DNA of 64,000 bases, from positions 481,309 to 545,308 of the forward strand of contig DAOPQC010000001.1 in assembly GCA_035358815.1 (NCBI GenBank). Direction: 5' to 3'. The position numbers and the translations under genes were made by a program. The stretch's first letter is position 1; every line of letters starts with the position of its first letter. Source of the DNA: Thermoanaerobaculales bacterium. Lineage in GTDB: Bacteria; Acidobacteriota; Thermoanaerobaculia; Thermoanaerobaculales; Sulfomarinibacteraceae. This document shows, in pieces, positions 9,218-17,181 of this stretch. The notes beneath the pieces were generated by a model. It had not been told where the DNA came from. It saw nothing but the letters and a program-made list of their open reading frames with translations, and searched no databases.

Positions 9218-9365
9218 CCTCCGTGCGCGTCTCCGTGCCCGCTCGTTCGCTCGGTCCTCGAAAGCGCTTCGCGCCGATTCTCCTGAGGCGCTCCCCGAGG
9301 TTGGGGTCGGGGCTTTGGGGTGGTTCGCGCTCCCGTTCCCGTTCCCGTTCCCGAACGCCTCCCGG
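9218..9365 (+). repeat. composite intergenic repeat: CCGTNN hexamers, 68-nt conserved core, G-tracts, (CCCGTT)3
   Basis: CCGCCTCCGTGCGCGTCTCCGTGCCC..., core at 9233-9300, ggttGGGGtcGGGGctttGGGGtgg, and ctCCCGTTCCCGTTCCCGTTCCCGaacg. The core matches 62518-62585 in inverted orientation (63 of 68 nt). Confidence 0.85.
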
Positions 9366-9496
9366 TTGTCCGTGAGGCTGGCTGCGCGGAGGTGGTGTCG
9401 ATCCGCGGGAAAGCCGTCTGCGCCGCTCGTGTTGTCCTTGAGGGGCCGCGCCGGCCCCCCTACAATGCGGGGTGGCAGGGTTGCGAGGAGGTGTCC

Positions 9497-10651
9497 GTGG
9501 ACTTCGAGCTGACTCAGGACCAGTTGGCCATCCGCGACATGGTGAGGGACCTCGCCCGCCGCGAGATCGCGCCGCACGCCGGCGCCTGGGACGAGCGCCA
9601 GGAGTTTCCCCGCGCGCTGTTCGACAAGCTCGGCGAGCTTGGCCTGCTCGGGGTCCTGATCCCGGAGCAGTACGGCGGCGCCGGCCTGGCGTACATCGAG
9701 TACGTGGTCATCCTGGAGGAGATCGGCGCCGCCGACGGTGGGGTCGGGCTCGGGGTCGCCGCCCACAACTCGCTGTGCACGAACCACCTCTACCTCTACG
9801 GCTCGGAGGAGCTGCGGCGCGAGTTCCTGCCGAAGCTCGCCAGCGGCGAGTGGATCGGCGCCTGGGCGCTCACCGAGCCCGGCGCCGGGTCTGACGCCGG
9901 CGGCACCACCACGACCGCTGCCCGCGACGGCGGAGAGTGGGTGCTCAACGGGTCCAAGAACTTCATCACCCATGCCACGTCGGGCCAGGCGGCCGTGGTC
10001 ATGGCGCGCACCTCGAAGGAGAAGGGCCACCACGGAATCTCGGCCTTCTTCGTGCCCTTCGATCGTCCGGGGGTGTCGCCCGGGAAGAAGGAGAACAAGC
10101 TCGGGATGCGCTGCTCGGACACCTCCTCGCTGGTGCTCGAGGACTGCCGGGTCCCCGCGGGTCACCTGCTCGGCAAGGAGGGTGACGGCTTCGTCCAGGC
10201 CATGCAGGTGCTGGACGGCGGCCGGATCTCGATCGCGGCGCTGGCCCTCGGCATCGCCCGCGGCGCGCTCGATGCGACGCTGCAGTACGCGCCGACGCGC
10301 GAGCAGTTCGGCAAGCCGATCGCCTCGTTCCAGGCGGTCCGCCACAAGCTCGCCGACATGGCCACCGAGGTCGAGGCGGCGCGGCTGCTCACCTTCCAGG
10401 CGGCGGCCCTCAAGAACGCGGGCAGGCCCACCACCAAGCAGTCGTCGATGGCCAAGGTCTACGCATCGGAGGTTGCGGTGCGGGTCGCCGAGGAGGCGAT
10501 CCAGATTCACGGCGGCTACGGCTACACCAAGGACTACCCGGTGGAGCGCGCGTGGCGGGACTCCAAGCTGTGCACGATCGGCGAGGGCACGTCCGAGATC
10601 CAGCGGCTCGTGATCGCGCGCGAGCTGCTCGACGTCGAGGGTGGCCGTTGA
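9497..10651 (+). CDS. acyl-CoA dehydrogenase (short/medium-chain type)
   Basis: 384 aa from GTG 9497, preceded by GAGGAGG. Motifs: [14 protein letters not shown], and YEGTSEIQ-like [14 protein letters not shown] at the C-terminus. Confidence 0.85.
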   Translation: MDFELTQDQLAIRDMVRDLARREIAPHAGAWDERQEFPRALFDKLGELGLLGVLIPEQYGGAGLAYIEYVVILEEIGAADGGVGLGVAAHNSLCTNHLYLYGSEELRREFLPKLASGEWIGAWALTEPGAGSDAGGTTTTAARDGGEWVLNGSKNFITHATSGQAAVVMARTSKEKGHHGISAFFVPFDRPGVSPGKKENKLGMRCSDTSSLVLEDCRVPAGHLLGKEGDGFVQAMQVLDGGRISIAALALGIARGALDATLQYAPTREQFGKPIASFQAVRHKLADMATEVEAARLLTFQAAALKNAGRPTTKQSSMAKVYASEVAVRVAEEAIQIHGGYGYTKDYPVERAWRDSKLCTIGEGTSEIQRLVIARELLDVEGGR

Positions 10652-10653
10652 CG

Positions 10654-11070
10654 ATGGAGCCGGAGCGACCGTCGCACCTCGACCACATCGGGATCGCGGT
10701 GCGCTCGATCGCAGAGGCGCTGCGCTTCTGGGAGGCTGCCGGGCTCCGCCTCGAGGGCGCGGAGGAGGTCGCGGCGCAGGCCGTCCGCGTGGGCTTCCTG
10801 CCGCTCGGCGAAACCCGTCTCGAGCTGCTCGAGCCCACCGGCCCGGAGTCGCCGATCGCCAGGCACCTCGAACGGCGTGGGCCGGGGCTGCACCACATCT
10901 GCGTCAGCGTGCCCGACATCCGCGCCGCGATGGCGCAGCTGGCCGCCGCGGGCTTCGAGCTGCTGTCGGCCGAGCCGCAGCCCGGGGCGCGCGGCTGCCT
11001 GGTGTGCTTCGTCCACCCGAAATCCGCTGGGGGCGTCCTGGTCGAGCTGTCCCAGCCCGGGATGCGCTAG
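10654..11070 (+). CDS. mce: methylmalonyl-CoA epimerase (VOC/glyoxalase fold)
   Basis: LDHIGIAVRSIAEA...LELLEPTGPESPIARHLERRGPGLHHICVSVPDI...FVHPKSAGGVLVELSQ. ATG at 10654. Confidence 0.8.
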   Translation: MEPERPSHLDHIGIAVRSIAEALRFWEAAGLRLEGAEEVAAQAVRVGFLPLGETRLELLEPTGPESPIARHLERRGPGLHHICVSVPDIRAAMAQLAAAGFELLSAEPQPGARGCLVCFVHPKSAGGVLVELSQPGMR

Positions 11071-11079
11071 GCTCGGGCC

Positions 11080-11400
11080 ATGGAAGCCATCGACGCCGGG
11101 GCGCTGGTGATCGTCCACTGCCGGGAGCCGAAGGAGAAGCTGTGGGGCGTGCTGGTGCGCCTCGACCTCATCGGGCTCGTGGTGCGCGGCCTCGACCTGG
11201 CTGCGGTCGAGGACTGGCTGCGCCAGGAGCGCGCCGGCGAGGCGGCGCTCATCGGGCCGTCGACGTCCTTCATCCCGACCCATCGCGTCGTCCGCGTCGA
11301 CCTCGACGAGAGCAGCGCCGTGGTCGAGAGCTTCGGCGATCGGTTCGCCGAGGCGTGTGGCCGGGACGCGCGCGAGGCGCTGATGGGTGGGCGGCGTTGA
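11080..11400 (+). CDS. hypothetical protein (106 aa)
   Basis: Its composition looks like real coding sequence. Its stop overlaps the likely TTG start of the next gene (TTGA at 11397-11400). I recognise no motif. Confidence 0.45.
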   Translation: MEAIDAGALVIVHCREPKEKLWGVLVRLDLIGLVVRGLDLAAVEDWLRQERAGEAALIGPSTSFIPTHRVVRVDLDESSAVVESFGDRFAEACGRDAREALMGGRR

Positions 11401-12347
11401 CCGGGGCCTGCTCGCGGCACGCCCGGCCGCCGTCCGCGGCCGCGTGCGGACGCGCGGCGGCGGCTTTGTCCATCGTGGCTGCCCTCACGGTGCTGTCGCT
11501 GCCTGCGGTAACCGTTCGCGCCCAGTACGAGGGGGAGGTCACCGTCAACGCGGTGGTCGCCCCGGTGACCGTCCGCGACGATGCGGGGCGGATCGTGAGC
11601 GAGGTGGCGCGCGATCGCTTCCACCTCTACGTCGACGGTATGGAGGTCCCGATCCGCGACTTCGCGCGGGAGAGCGATCTGCCGCTCAGCCTGGGTTTCA
11701 TCCTCGACAGCTCGGGCTCGATGGCAGGCCACAAGCTGGCCGCGTGCCAGGACCTGATCGGCGCCTTCCTCAAGGAGCGGCGGCAGGACGACCAGCTCGC
11801 CCTGTGGACCTTTGGCGACGACCGGGTGCTCGAGCGCTTCCCATTCGGCATGGGCTGGTACCTGTTGCCGCGGGTCCTCGAGACCATCCGGCCGTGGAGC
11901 ACCACAGCCCTGTACGACATGATCCAGCGCGTCCCCGACGTCATGGAGCGGGCAACCCATCCGCGGCGCGCCGCCATCCTGCTGACCGACGGCGTCGACA
12001 ACGCGTCGCGCTTGTCGGCGCAGGACGCGGGGCTGATCGCGGAGGGGCTCGACACCCCGATCTTCGTCCTTGGCGTCGAGCCGCCATCGACTCCGGCCAC
12101 CGGCGAGACGTCCTACGAGGAGGTCCTCGTCCTGATCGCCGAGTCCTCCGGCGGCCGCTACCAGAGGATCCCGGCGACCGAGCAGATGCCGGCGGCGGTG
12201 CGGGCGCTGATCGCCGAGCTGTCGTCGCGGTTCATCATCACCTTCGTCACCTCGGGGGTGGGAATCAGCAAGTACCGCACGCTCGAGGTGACGGTGGACG
12301 GCTACCGGGCGACCAGCCGCAAGGGATACACGGGCACTCTGCCGTGA
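11397..12347 (+). CDS. secreted von Willebrand factor A domain protein (acidobacterial VWFA-related type)
   Basis: Signal-like AAALSIVAALTVLSLPAVTVRAQ. MIDAS motif LSLGFILDSSGSMAG plus AAILLTDGVDN. The start is uncertain (TTG 11397 chosen). The track ORF from 10641 is an upstream shadow extension. Confidence 0.65.
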   Translation: MTGACSRHARPPSAAACGRAAAALSIVAALTVLSLPAVTVRAQYEGEVTVNAVVAPVTVRDDAGRIVSEVARDRFHLYVDGMEVPIRDFARESDLPLSLGFILDSSGSMAGHKLAACQDLIGAFLKERRQDDQLALWTFGDDRVLERFPFGMGWYLLPRVLETIRPWSTTALYDMIQRVPDVMERATHPRRAAILLTDGVDNASRLSAQDAGLIAEGLDTPIFVLGVEPPSTPATGETSYEEVLVLIAESSGGRYQRIPATEQMPAAVRALIAELSSRFIITFVTSGVGISKYRTLEVTVDGYRATSRKGYTGTLP

Positions 12348-12487
12348 CCGTGCGACCGGCTCGCCAGGTGCGCCCCGTCACGCAGCGGCCGCCGGCGGGG
12401 AGGCCGGGGGCTCGCCGGCAGCGGAATCTGTACTAGAATCGTCTCGATGGTACACAAGTTGGACGATCGCCCTCGCGGAGGTACGTG

Positions 12488-13012
12488 ATGCGGAAGTCCG
12501 TGCTGGTGTTGGTTGGCTGCCTCGTGCTGTGCGCGGCCCCGGCGTGGGCCGGGGGAGCGTTCTCCTTGTTCGGGACCTACGGTGAGGTGACCGAGGACAA
12601 CCGGTCATACGGCGTCGGCGCCAGGCTCAGTCTCGGCGGCCAGTGGGTGATGGTCGACCTGACCGGCACCTGGGTCCCGGGCCACAGCGCCGGCGACTTC
12701 GACGAAGACATGCAGGTCGTCCCCTTCGACCTCGGTCTGCGCCTCGTGCTCGCCCCCGCGAGCGAGCTGCGGCCATACGTCGGAGCAGGCGTCACCTACA
12801 TGGCGATCAACCTCTCGGAGAGGGACGTCGACGATCCGACCGGCTTCTATGCCCTGGCCGGCTTCAACGTGAAGGCCTGGGACCACGCGGGCTTCTTCAT
12901 GGAGGCCGTCTACCGCGAGGCAGATGCCACGGTCGTCGACTACGACGGGTCGGAGTTCGACGAGGACTTCGGCGGCATCGCCGGCGCGGTCGGGTTCTAC
13001 TGGACCTTCTAG
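12488..13012 (+). CDS. small outer-membrane beta-barrel protein
   Basis: Signal peptide MRKSVLVLVGCLVLCAAPAWA, an alternating hydrophobic pattern, and C-terminal GFYWTF ending in Phe. GGAGG lies 6 nt upstream of ATG 12488. Confidence 0.65.
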   Translation: MRKSVLVLVGCLVLCAAPAWAGGAFSLFGTYGEVTEDNRSYGVGARLSLGGQWVMVDLTGTWVPGHSAGDFDEDMQVVPFDLGLRLVLAPASELRPYVGAGVTYMAINLSERDVDDPTGFYALAGFNVKAWDHAGFFMEAVYREADATVVDYDGSEFDEDFGGIAGAVGFYWTF

Positions 13013-13013
13013 C

Positions 13014-13514
13014 TCAGCCCAGCGCCGCCAGCGCCGCGTCGTAGTCCGGCTCGGTCGTGATCTCGTCCACCAGCTGGGTGTAGATGACCCGGTCGCGCTC
13101 GTCGAGAACGACGACCGCGCGGGCGCACAGGCCGGCCAGCGGGCCGTCGACGAGCAGGACTCCGTAGTCCTCGGCGAACCTCTTGCCGCGCATCATCGAC
13201 AGCGGCACGACGCCGGTCAGGCCTTCGGTTGAGCAGAACCGGCCCTGCGCGAAGGGCAGGTCGGCGGAGATGACCAGCACGACCGTGTTGTCGAGCGAGC
13301 CGGCGGCCTGGTTGAAGCGGCGCGTCGAGGCCGCGCAGACCGCGGTGTCGAGGCTGGGCACGATGTTCAGGATCTTGCGCTTGCCCGCGTGATCGGCGAG
13401 GGTCACGTCGGCCAGGTTGCCGCCGACCAGGGTGAAACGCGGCGCCGCCGTTCCGACGGCCGGGAGCTCACCGTTGGTGTGAACGGGGTTGCCTTTGAGA
13501 TGGGTTGTGGCCAT
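13014..13514 (-). CDS. tpx: thiol peroxidase (atypical 2-Cys peroxiredoxin)
   Basis: [27 protein letters not shown]...[14 protein letters not shown].... Confidence 0.85.
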   Translation of the reverse strand: MATTHLKGNPVHTNGELPAVGTAAPRFTLVGGNLADVTLADHAGKRKILNIVPSLDTAVCAASTRRFNQAAGSLDNTVVLVISADLPFAQGRFCSTEGLTGVVPLSMMRGKRFAEDYGVLLVDGPLAGLCARAVVVLDERDRVIYTQLVDEITTEPDYDAALAALG

Positions 13515-13876
13515 GGTGGGTTCCTTTCATCTCGTCCTCGGTCCCATATGATAGACGAACGCAGCCTGCGAGTAGCGCGCATCCCCGGCGCTCGCTTCAC
13601 CCCCGCCCGCTCCCGCTTCCGGATGGCTGCCTACAGCCTATCGACCGCTCGAGTCCGCACGCCCCTGCCAGCGAAGCCCGGCCCGGCGACCCCCCTCAAC
13701 CGGATCGAACCGCGGAGGGCGCCGAGATCGCAGAGGCCGTCCCAGAGAACGTCTTCTGTCCGTGCTCCGCGCTGTCTGCGCCCTCTGCGGTTCAGATGAC
13801 GTGAGGCCGAATCGGTGGAGGTGTCCGGCCGCGGATCGAGTGGAGAGGCGTGGGCTCGCTCCGGTCAACGCTGCCG

Positions 13877-14036
13877 GCGAGCGGGCGGATACGGGCGCGG
13901 CAGCGGGTACGGAAACGGGGCGCGTTCGACCGGGAACGGGAACGGGGACGATTCGGGCGCGGAAGCGGAAGCGGGTGCGGAAACGGGGCGCGCTCGATCG
14001 GGAACGGGAACGGGAACGGGGACGGGAACGGGAGCG
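13877..14036. repeat. long G-rich hexamer array (NNACGG/GGGAAC) containing a 68-bp tandem duplication
   Basis: GGGT[A/G]CGGAAACGGGGCGCG[T/C]TCGA[C/T]CGGGAACGGGAACGG occurs at 13905 and again at 13973. The complementary short C-rich arm CCCGCCCGCTCCCGCTTCCGG lies at about 13603-13622. Confidence 0.85.
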
Positions 14037-14046
14037 AGCCGGCCCC

Positions 14047-14538
14047 TCAATCGTCGTTGCGCCCGAACCACCTTCTCTCGAGCAGCCGCACCACCGACTC
14101 GTAGCCCTCGCGGTCGATCTCGTCGAAGTGGGCGGGGCGGTGGGAGTCGGCGTCGAGCACGCCGACCGGACGGCCGTCGGCGCCGCGCACCGGCACCACG
14201 ATCTCCGAGCGGCTGCGATCGTCGCAGGGAATGTGCCCGGGGAACGCGTGCACGTCCGGCACCACCACCGTCTGGTTGCGGTCGATGCCGGCCCAGCACA
14301 CGCCGGTGTGCCGGGCGAGCACCAGGCAGGCCACCGGGCCCTGGTAGGCGTCGACCACCAGCTCGCCGTCCGTGAGCCGGTAGAAGCCGGTCCACGACAC
14401 CCCAGGCACCTTGTGGTGCAGCAGCGCCGCTGCGGTCGCCCGGTGCGCGACGGCGTCGTCGGTCTTTGCGATCAGCTCGGACAGCTGTTTTAGGGTGCGG
14501 GCCCAGCGGGCGCGACGGGTCTCGTCCTTCACCGACAC
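14047..14538 (-). CDS. GAF-domain protein, free methionine-(R)-sulfoxide reductase-like (YebR/MsrC type)
   Basis: WTGFYRL..GELVVDAYQGPVACLVL..HTGVCW...VVPDVHAFPGHIPCDDRSRSEIVVP. The GTG start at 14536-14538 is 1 nt after the argS stop. Confidence 0.7.
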   Translation of the reverse strand: MSVKDETRRARWARTLKQLSELIAKTDDAVAHRATAAALLHHKVPGVSWTGFYRLTDGELVVDAYQGPVACLVLARHTGVCWAGIDRNQTVVVPDVHAFPGHIPCDDRSRSEIVVPVRGADGRPVGVLDADSHRPAHFDEIDREGYESVVRLLERRWFGRNDD

Positions 14539-14539
14539 G

Positions 14540-16708
14540 TCACATCTCCTCGGGGATCGGGATGCCGAGTAGCTCCTCGAGCAGCACCCGGATCTCGTCG
14601 ACGAAGACCGTGAACACTGCCCGCCGGAGGCGGCGCACCCCGCCGTCCTCCTCCGGCACCACCGGGTGGCCGTGGTAGAGCTTGTGGAAGAGCTGGGCCA
14701 GATCGTGGACGTGCTGGGCGAGCAGCGAGAACTCGAGGCAGGAGAGCGACTGGGCGACCACCTCGTGGCGGCGCGCGCACTGCAGCACGAGGTCCCACAG
14801 CTCGTCATCGATCGCCGCTCCCTCGAGCAGCGCGGCCTCCTCGGCGCCGACGCGGCCCTCGCCGCGGCGCTCGGCGAGCTTCTCGAAGACCTTCCGGGCC
14901 CGCACTGCCGAGTACTGCAGGTAGGGCCCGGTGTCGCCCTCGAAGGCGAGCGCCTCGGTGAAGTCGAACGCCAGCACCCGATTGCGGGACTGCCGCGCCA
15001 TCAGGTAGCGAAGCGCCCCAACGGCGATGGCGCGGGAGCGCCCTTGCAGGTCGGCAACCTCGCCCCGGTGTCCGATCCGCGACACGACGGCGTCCTCGGC
15101 CGCCGCCTCGAGCACGTCCAGGAACTCGTCGGCCTTGACCCCGATCCCGCGCCGCCCGGACATCTCGACGTAAGCCTTGGCCATGTCCTCGTCGGAGAGG
15201 CAGAAGCTGCGCCCGCTCGCCTCCTCAATGCGACGGACCGCGGCCGGGGTCAGCGCCACCATCTCGTAGGCGAAGTGGATCGAGCCGTCGGCCGCCTCCG
15301 GGTGTCCGAGCACCCGGACCGCCTCCTTGACCACGCGCTGCGGGTACGACTGCCGGACGTCGATGACGTTGTAGATCCGCGCGCCGGCGCCGAAGCTCGC
15401 CGAGGGCAGTGCGTCGGCCCGGTCCGAGCTGGTGCGGACGAGGGCCTGTCCCTGATCGCCGTAGCACAGCGGCAGCGCCGGCCCCGGCCGCGTCCACCTG
15501 GCGAAGGTCCGGTAACCGAAGTCGAGCCGTCGGCCGTCAGCGCCCGCCAGCAGGCCGAGCTTCCACAGCTGGTAGGCGATGTCCTTGCCGGTGTAGGTGA
15601 CGGTGCCGTTCGAGCGCACCAGGATCTTGTCGGGGTCGTCGAGGTCGGCGAACTCGGGGCTTGCGGCCAGCGACATCACCCAGCAGCCGGCGTTCTTGCC
15701 CTCGGCCGCGAGGCGGACCGCTCCGGAGGCCTCGAGCATCTCGAAGGCCTGCCGCCAGAACCCGAGGTGGAGAATGTCCGACTCGTGGGGCAGCAGGTCG
15801 TAGGCGACGCCGAGCCGTGCCATCGTCGCCAGGTGGCAGCGCAGGTTGCCGGCCGCGACCTCGGCGGCGAGGCGCGCGATCGCGCGCTGGGAGTAGGGCT
15901 CCCCGGAGATCACCGCCCCGCGCAGCAGATACTCCGCCTGCTCGAGGTCGACCTCGCCTGGCCCGCCCTCGACGGCGTGCAGCACCTCGTCCCGGTGGGT
16001 GGCGAAGCCGGGATCGGCCTCGTAGCGGGCGGTCACCCGGGGGTAGATCTCCCAGCACAGGTCGTCGAAGTCCCGGGTCGAGGCCGCCGGCACGGCGTCC
16101 TGCGGCAGCCGCGCCAGGAAGGAGCCGATCAGCTCGTCGCGTCGGCTGACCTCGATGTCGAGGGCCGCGGCGAGCTCTGGCTCCGGGAGGTGGAGCACGC
16201 CGACCACCACGTCCGCCACCTGCACGCCGGTGTCGTCGATGTAGTTCTGGACCTCGACCGGGCTCTCGAGCGCGCGCAGGCAGCGCACCAGGATGTCGCC
16301 GAGCACGGCGTTGCGCAGGTGGCCGATGTGGGCCGCCTTGTTGGGGTTGATGTTGGTGTGCTCGACGATCGTCTTGGGCCCGCCGGCGCCGGCTGCCGGC
16401 GCCGGCGGCACGAGCAGCCGGCGGAGCAGGCCGGGGCGGTCGAGGAAGATGTTGACGAAGCCCGGGCCGGCGACCTCCACCCGGGCGACGGCCTCCGGCC
16501 AGGGAGCGGCCGCCACCACCCGCTCGGCGATCTCGCGCGGCGGCCGCCGCAGCGCCTTGGCGAGCGGCAGGGCGCCCGGCCAGGCCAGGTCGCCGAGCGA
16601 GCGCCGCGGCGGCACCTCGAGCACGGGCTCGGCGCGGTGGCCGAGCTCGGCCTCGAGGGCAGTGGCGATCGCGTCGGCGCAGCGCTTGCGGATCTCCTGA
16701 AGCGGCAT
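14540..16708 (-). CDS. argS: arginine--tRNA ligase
   Basis: 722 aa from ATG 16706-16708. HIGH-type motif NPNKAAHIGHLRNAVLGD, and an anticodon-binding DALR-like C-terminus. The track ORF extends into the upstream repeat region. Confidence 0.85.
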   Translation of the reverse strand: MPLQEIRKRCADAIATALEAELGHRAEPVLEVPPRRSLGDLAWPGALPLAKALRRPPREIAERVVAAAPWPEAVARVEVAGPGFVNIFLDRPGLLRRLLVPPAPAAGAGGPKTIVEHTNINPNKAAHIGHLRNAVLGDILVRCLRALESPVEVQNYIDDTGVQVADVVVGVLHLPEPELAAALDIEVSRRDELIGSFLARLPQDAVPAASTRDFDDLCWEIYPRVTARYEADPGFATHRDEVLHAVEGGPGEVDLEQAEYLLRGAVISGEPYSQRAIARLAAEVAAGNLRCHLATMARLGVAYDLLPHESDILHLGFWRQAFEMLEASGAVRLAAEGKNAGCWVMSLAASPEFADLDDPDKILVRSNGTVTYTGKDIAYQLWKLGLLAGADGRRLDFGYRTFARWTRPGPALPLCYGDQGQALVRTSSDRADALPSASFGAGARIYNVIDVRQSYPQRVVKEAVRVLGHPEAADGSIHFAYEMVALTPAAVRRIEEASGRSFCLSDEDMAKAYVEMSGRRGIGVKADEFLDVLEAAAEDAVVSRIGHRGEVADLQGRSRAIAVGALRYLMARQSRNRVLAFDFTEALAFEGDTGPYLQYSAVRARKVFEKLAERRGEGRVGAEEAALLEGAAIDDELWDLVLQCARRHEVVAQSLSCLEFSLLAQHVHDLAQLFHKLYHGHPVVPEEDGGVRRLRRAVFTVFVDEIRVLLEELLGIPIPEEM

Positions 16709-16768
16709 GCAGGGCCTCCAGCCGAGGGGAGATTCTACTTGCTGGCCAGGCAAACTGGTAACGCGGGC

Positions 16769-16985
16769 CACCCGTTCCCGTTCCCCTGCCCCTTCCCGTT
16801 CCCGAAACGGCGTCCCTGCTCTCCATTCTCCTGCTGGGAACGGAGGCGGCGACGACGACAGGCAAGGGGTTGGCCTGGGGAAAGTGCCAAAGTGTCGGCC
16901 CTGGCACGGGAATGGGAACGGAGGCGGCGACGACGACAGGCAGGGGGTTGGGCTGGGGAAAGTGCCAAAGTGTCGGCCCTGGCAC
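16769..16985 (-). repeat. hexamer arms plus a near-identical 78-bp tandem duplication
   Basis: CCCGTTCCCGTTCCCCTGCCCCTTCCCGTTCCCGAAACGG at 16769-16806. The units 16836-16913 and 16914-16985 differ at 2 positions over the shared 72 nt. Each unit holds the GTGCCA-n12-TGGCAC hairpin. Confidence 0.9.
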
Positions 16986-17133
16986 TCGATGGTTGTGGCG
17001 TGGGCTTCCAGCCCGCGTTCCACGGCTTCCAGCCCGCGACCTTGACGATGGCAGCCAAGATGGCTGCCCCAATAGAAGGCGGAGGCCGGAGCCCCCGCTG
17101 GTTCTCGCCGTCATCGCCTTCTGCAGCGCCCTG

Positions 17134-17168
17134 TATCTATCCCCCAGATCCTATCCCCCAGATCCTGG
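17134..17168 (-). repeat. heptad array (minus strand: GGATCTG GGGGATA GGATCTG GGGGATA) 14 nt after the LVIVD gene stop
   Basis: The plus strand reads tatctatcccccagatcctatcccccagatcctgg. Confidence 0.85.
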
Positions 17169-17181
17169 ACGGGCGGAGGCC

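Noticed and set aside
7031-10510. Very long ORFs in alternative frames or strands, for example 7031..10510(-) 1159 aa, 54873..58853(-) 1326 aa, 37582..40854(+) 1090 aa, 14666..17239(+), 23479..26013(-), 58949..61039(-), 721..2928(+), 31137..33149(+) and 42635..46123(-) upstream of proS.
   Set aside because: Their translations are dominated by Arg/Pro/Ala/Gly/Asp low complexity. They carry no recognisable motifs. They lie opposite or out of frame with genes that have clear family signatures. These are typical shadow ORFs of high-GC DNA, where stop codons are rare.
13690-13720. tRNA-like T-arm signature, ccggatcgaaccgcgg.
   Set aside because: I could not build an acceptor stem, an anticodon arm or a proper T-stem around it on either strand. 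It is more likely part of the repeat loop. No tRNA is called.
13877-14036. Possibility that the periodic arrays are CRISPR arrays.
   Set aside because: The units are 6-7 bp with no spacers and there are no cas genes. CRISPR repeats are roughly 24-48 bp and are separated by unique spacers.
13815-14375. ORFs that translate the hexamer arrays into dipeptide repeats (GNGNGN, GTGTGT, PVPVPV, FPFPFP, RSRSRS, RERERE). Examples are 13850..14104, 20566..21009, 30580..30846, 44838..45281 and 44817..45041.
   Set aside because: The periodicity is a DNA-level 6-bp repeat present in both orientations and in all frames. These ORFs have no SD or credible start, and they run into neighbouring real genes.
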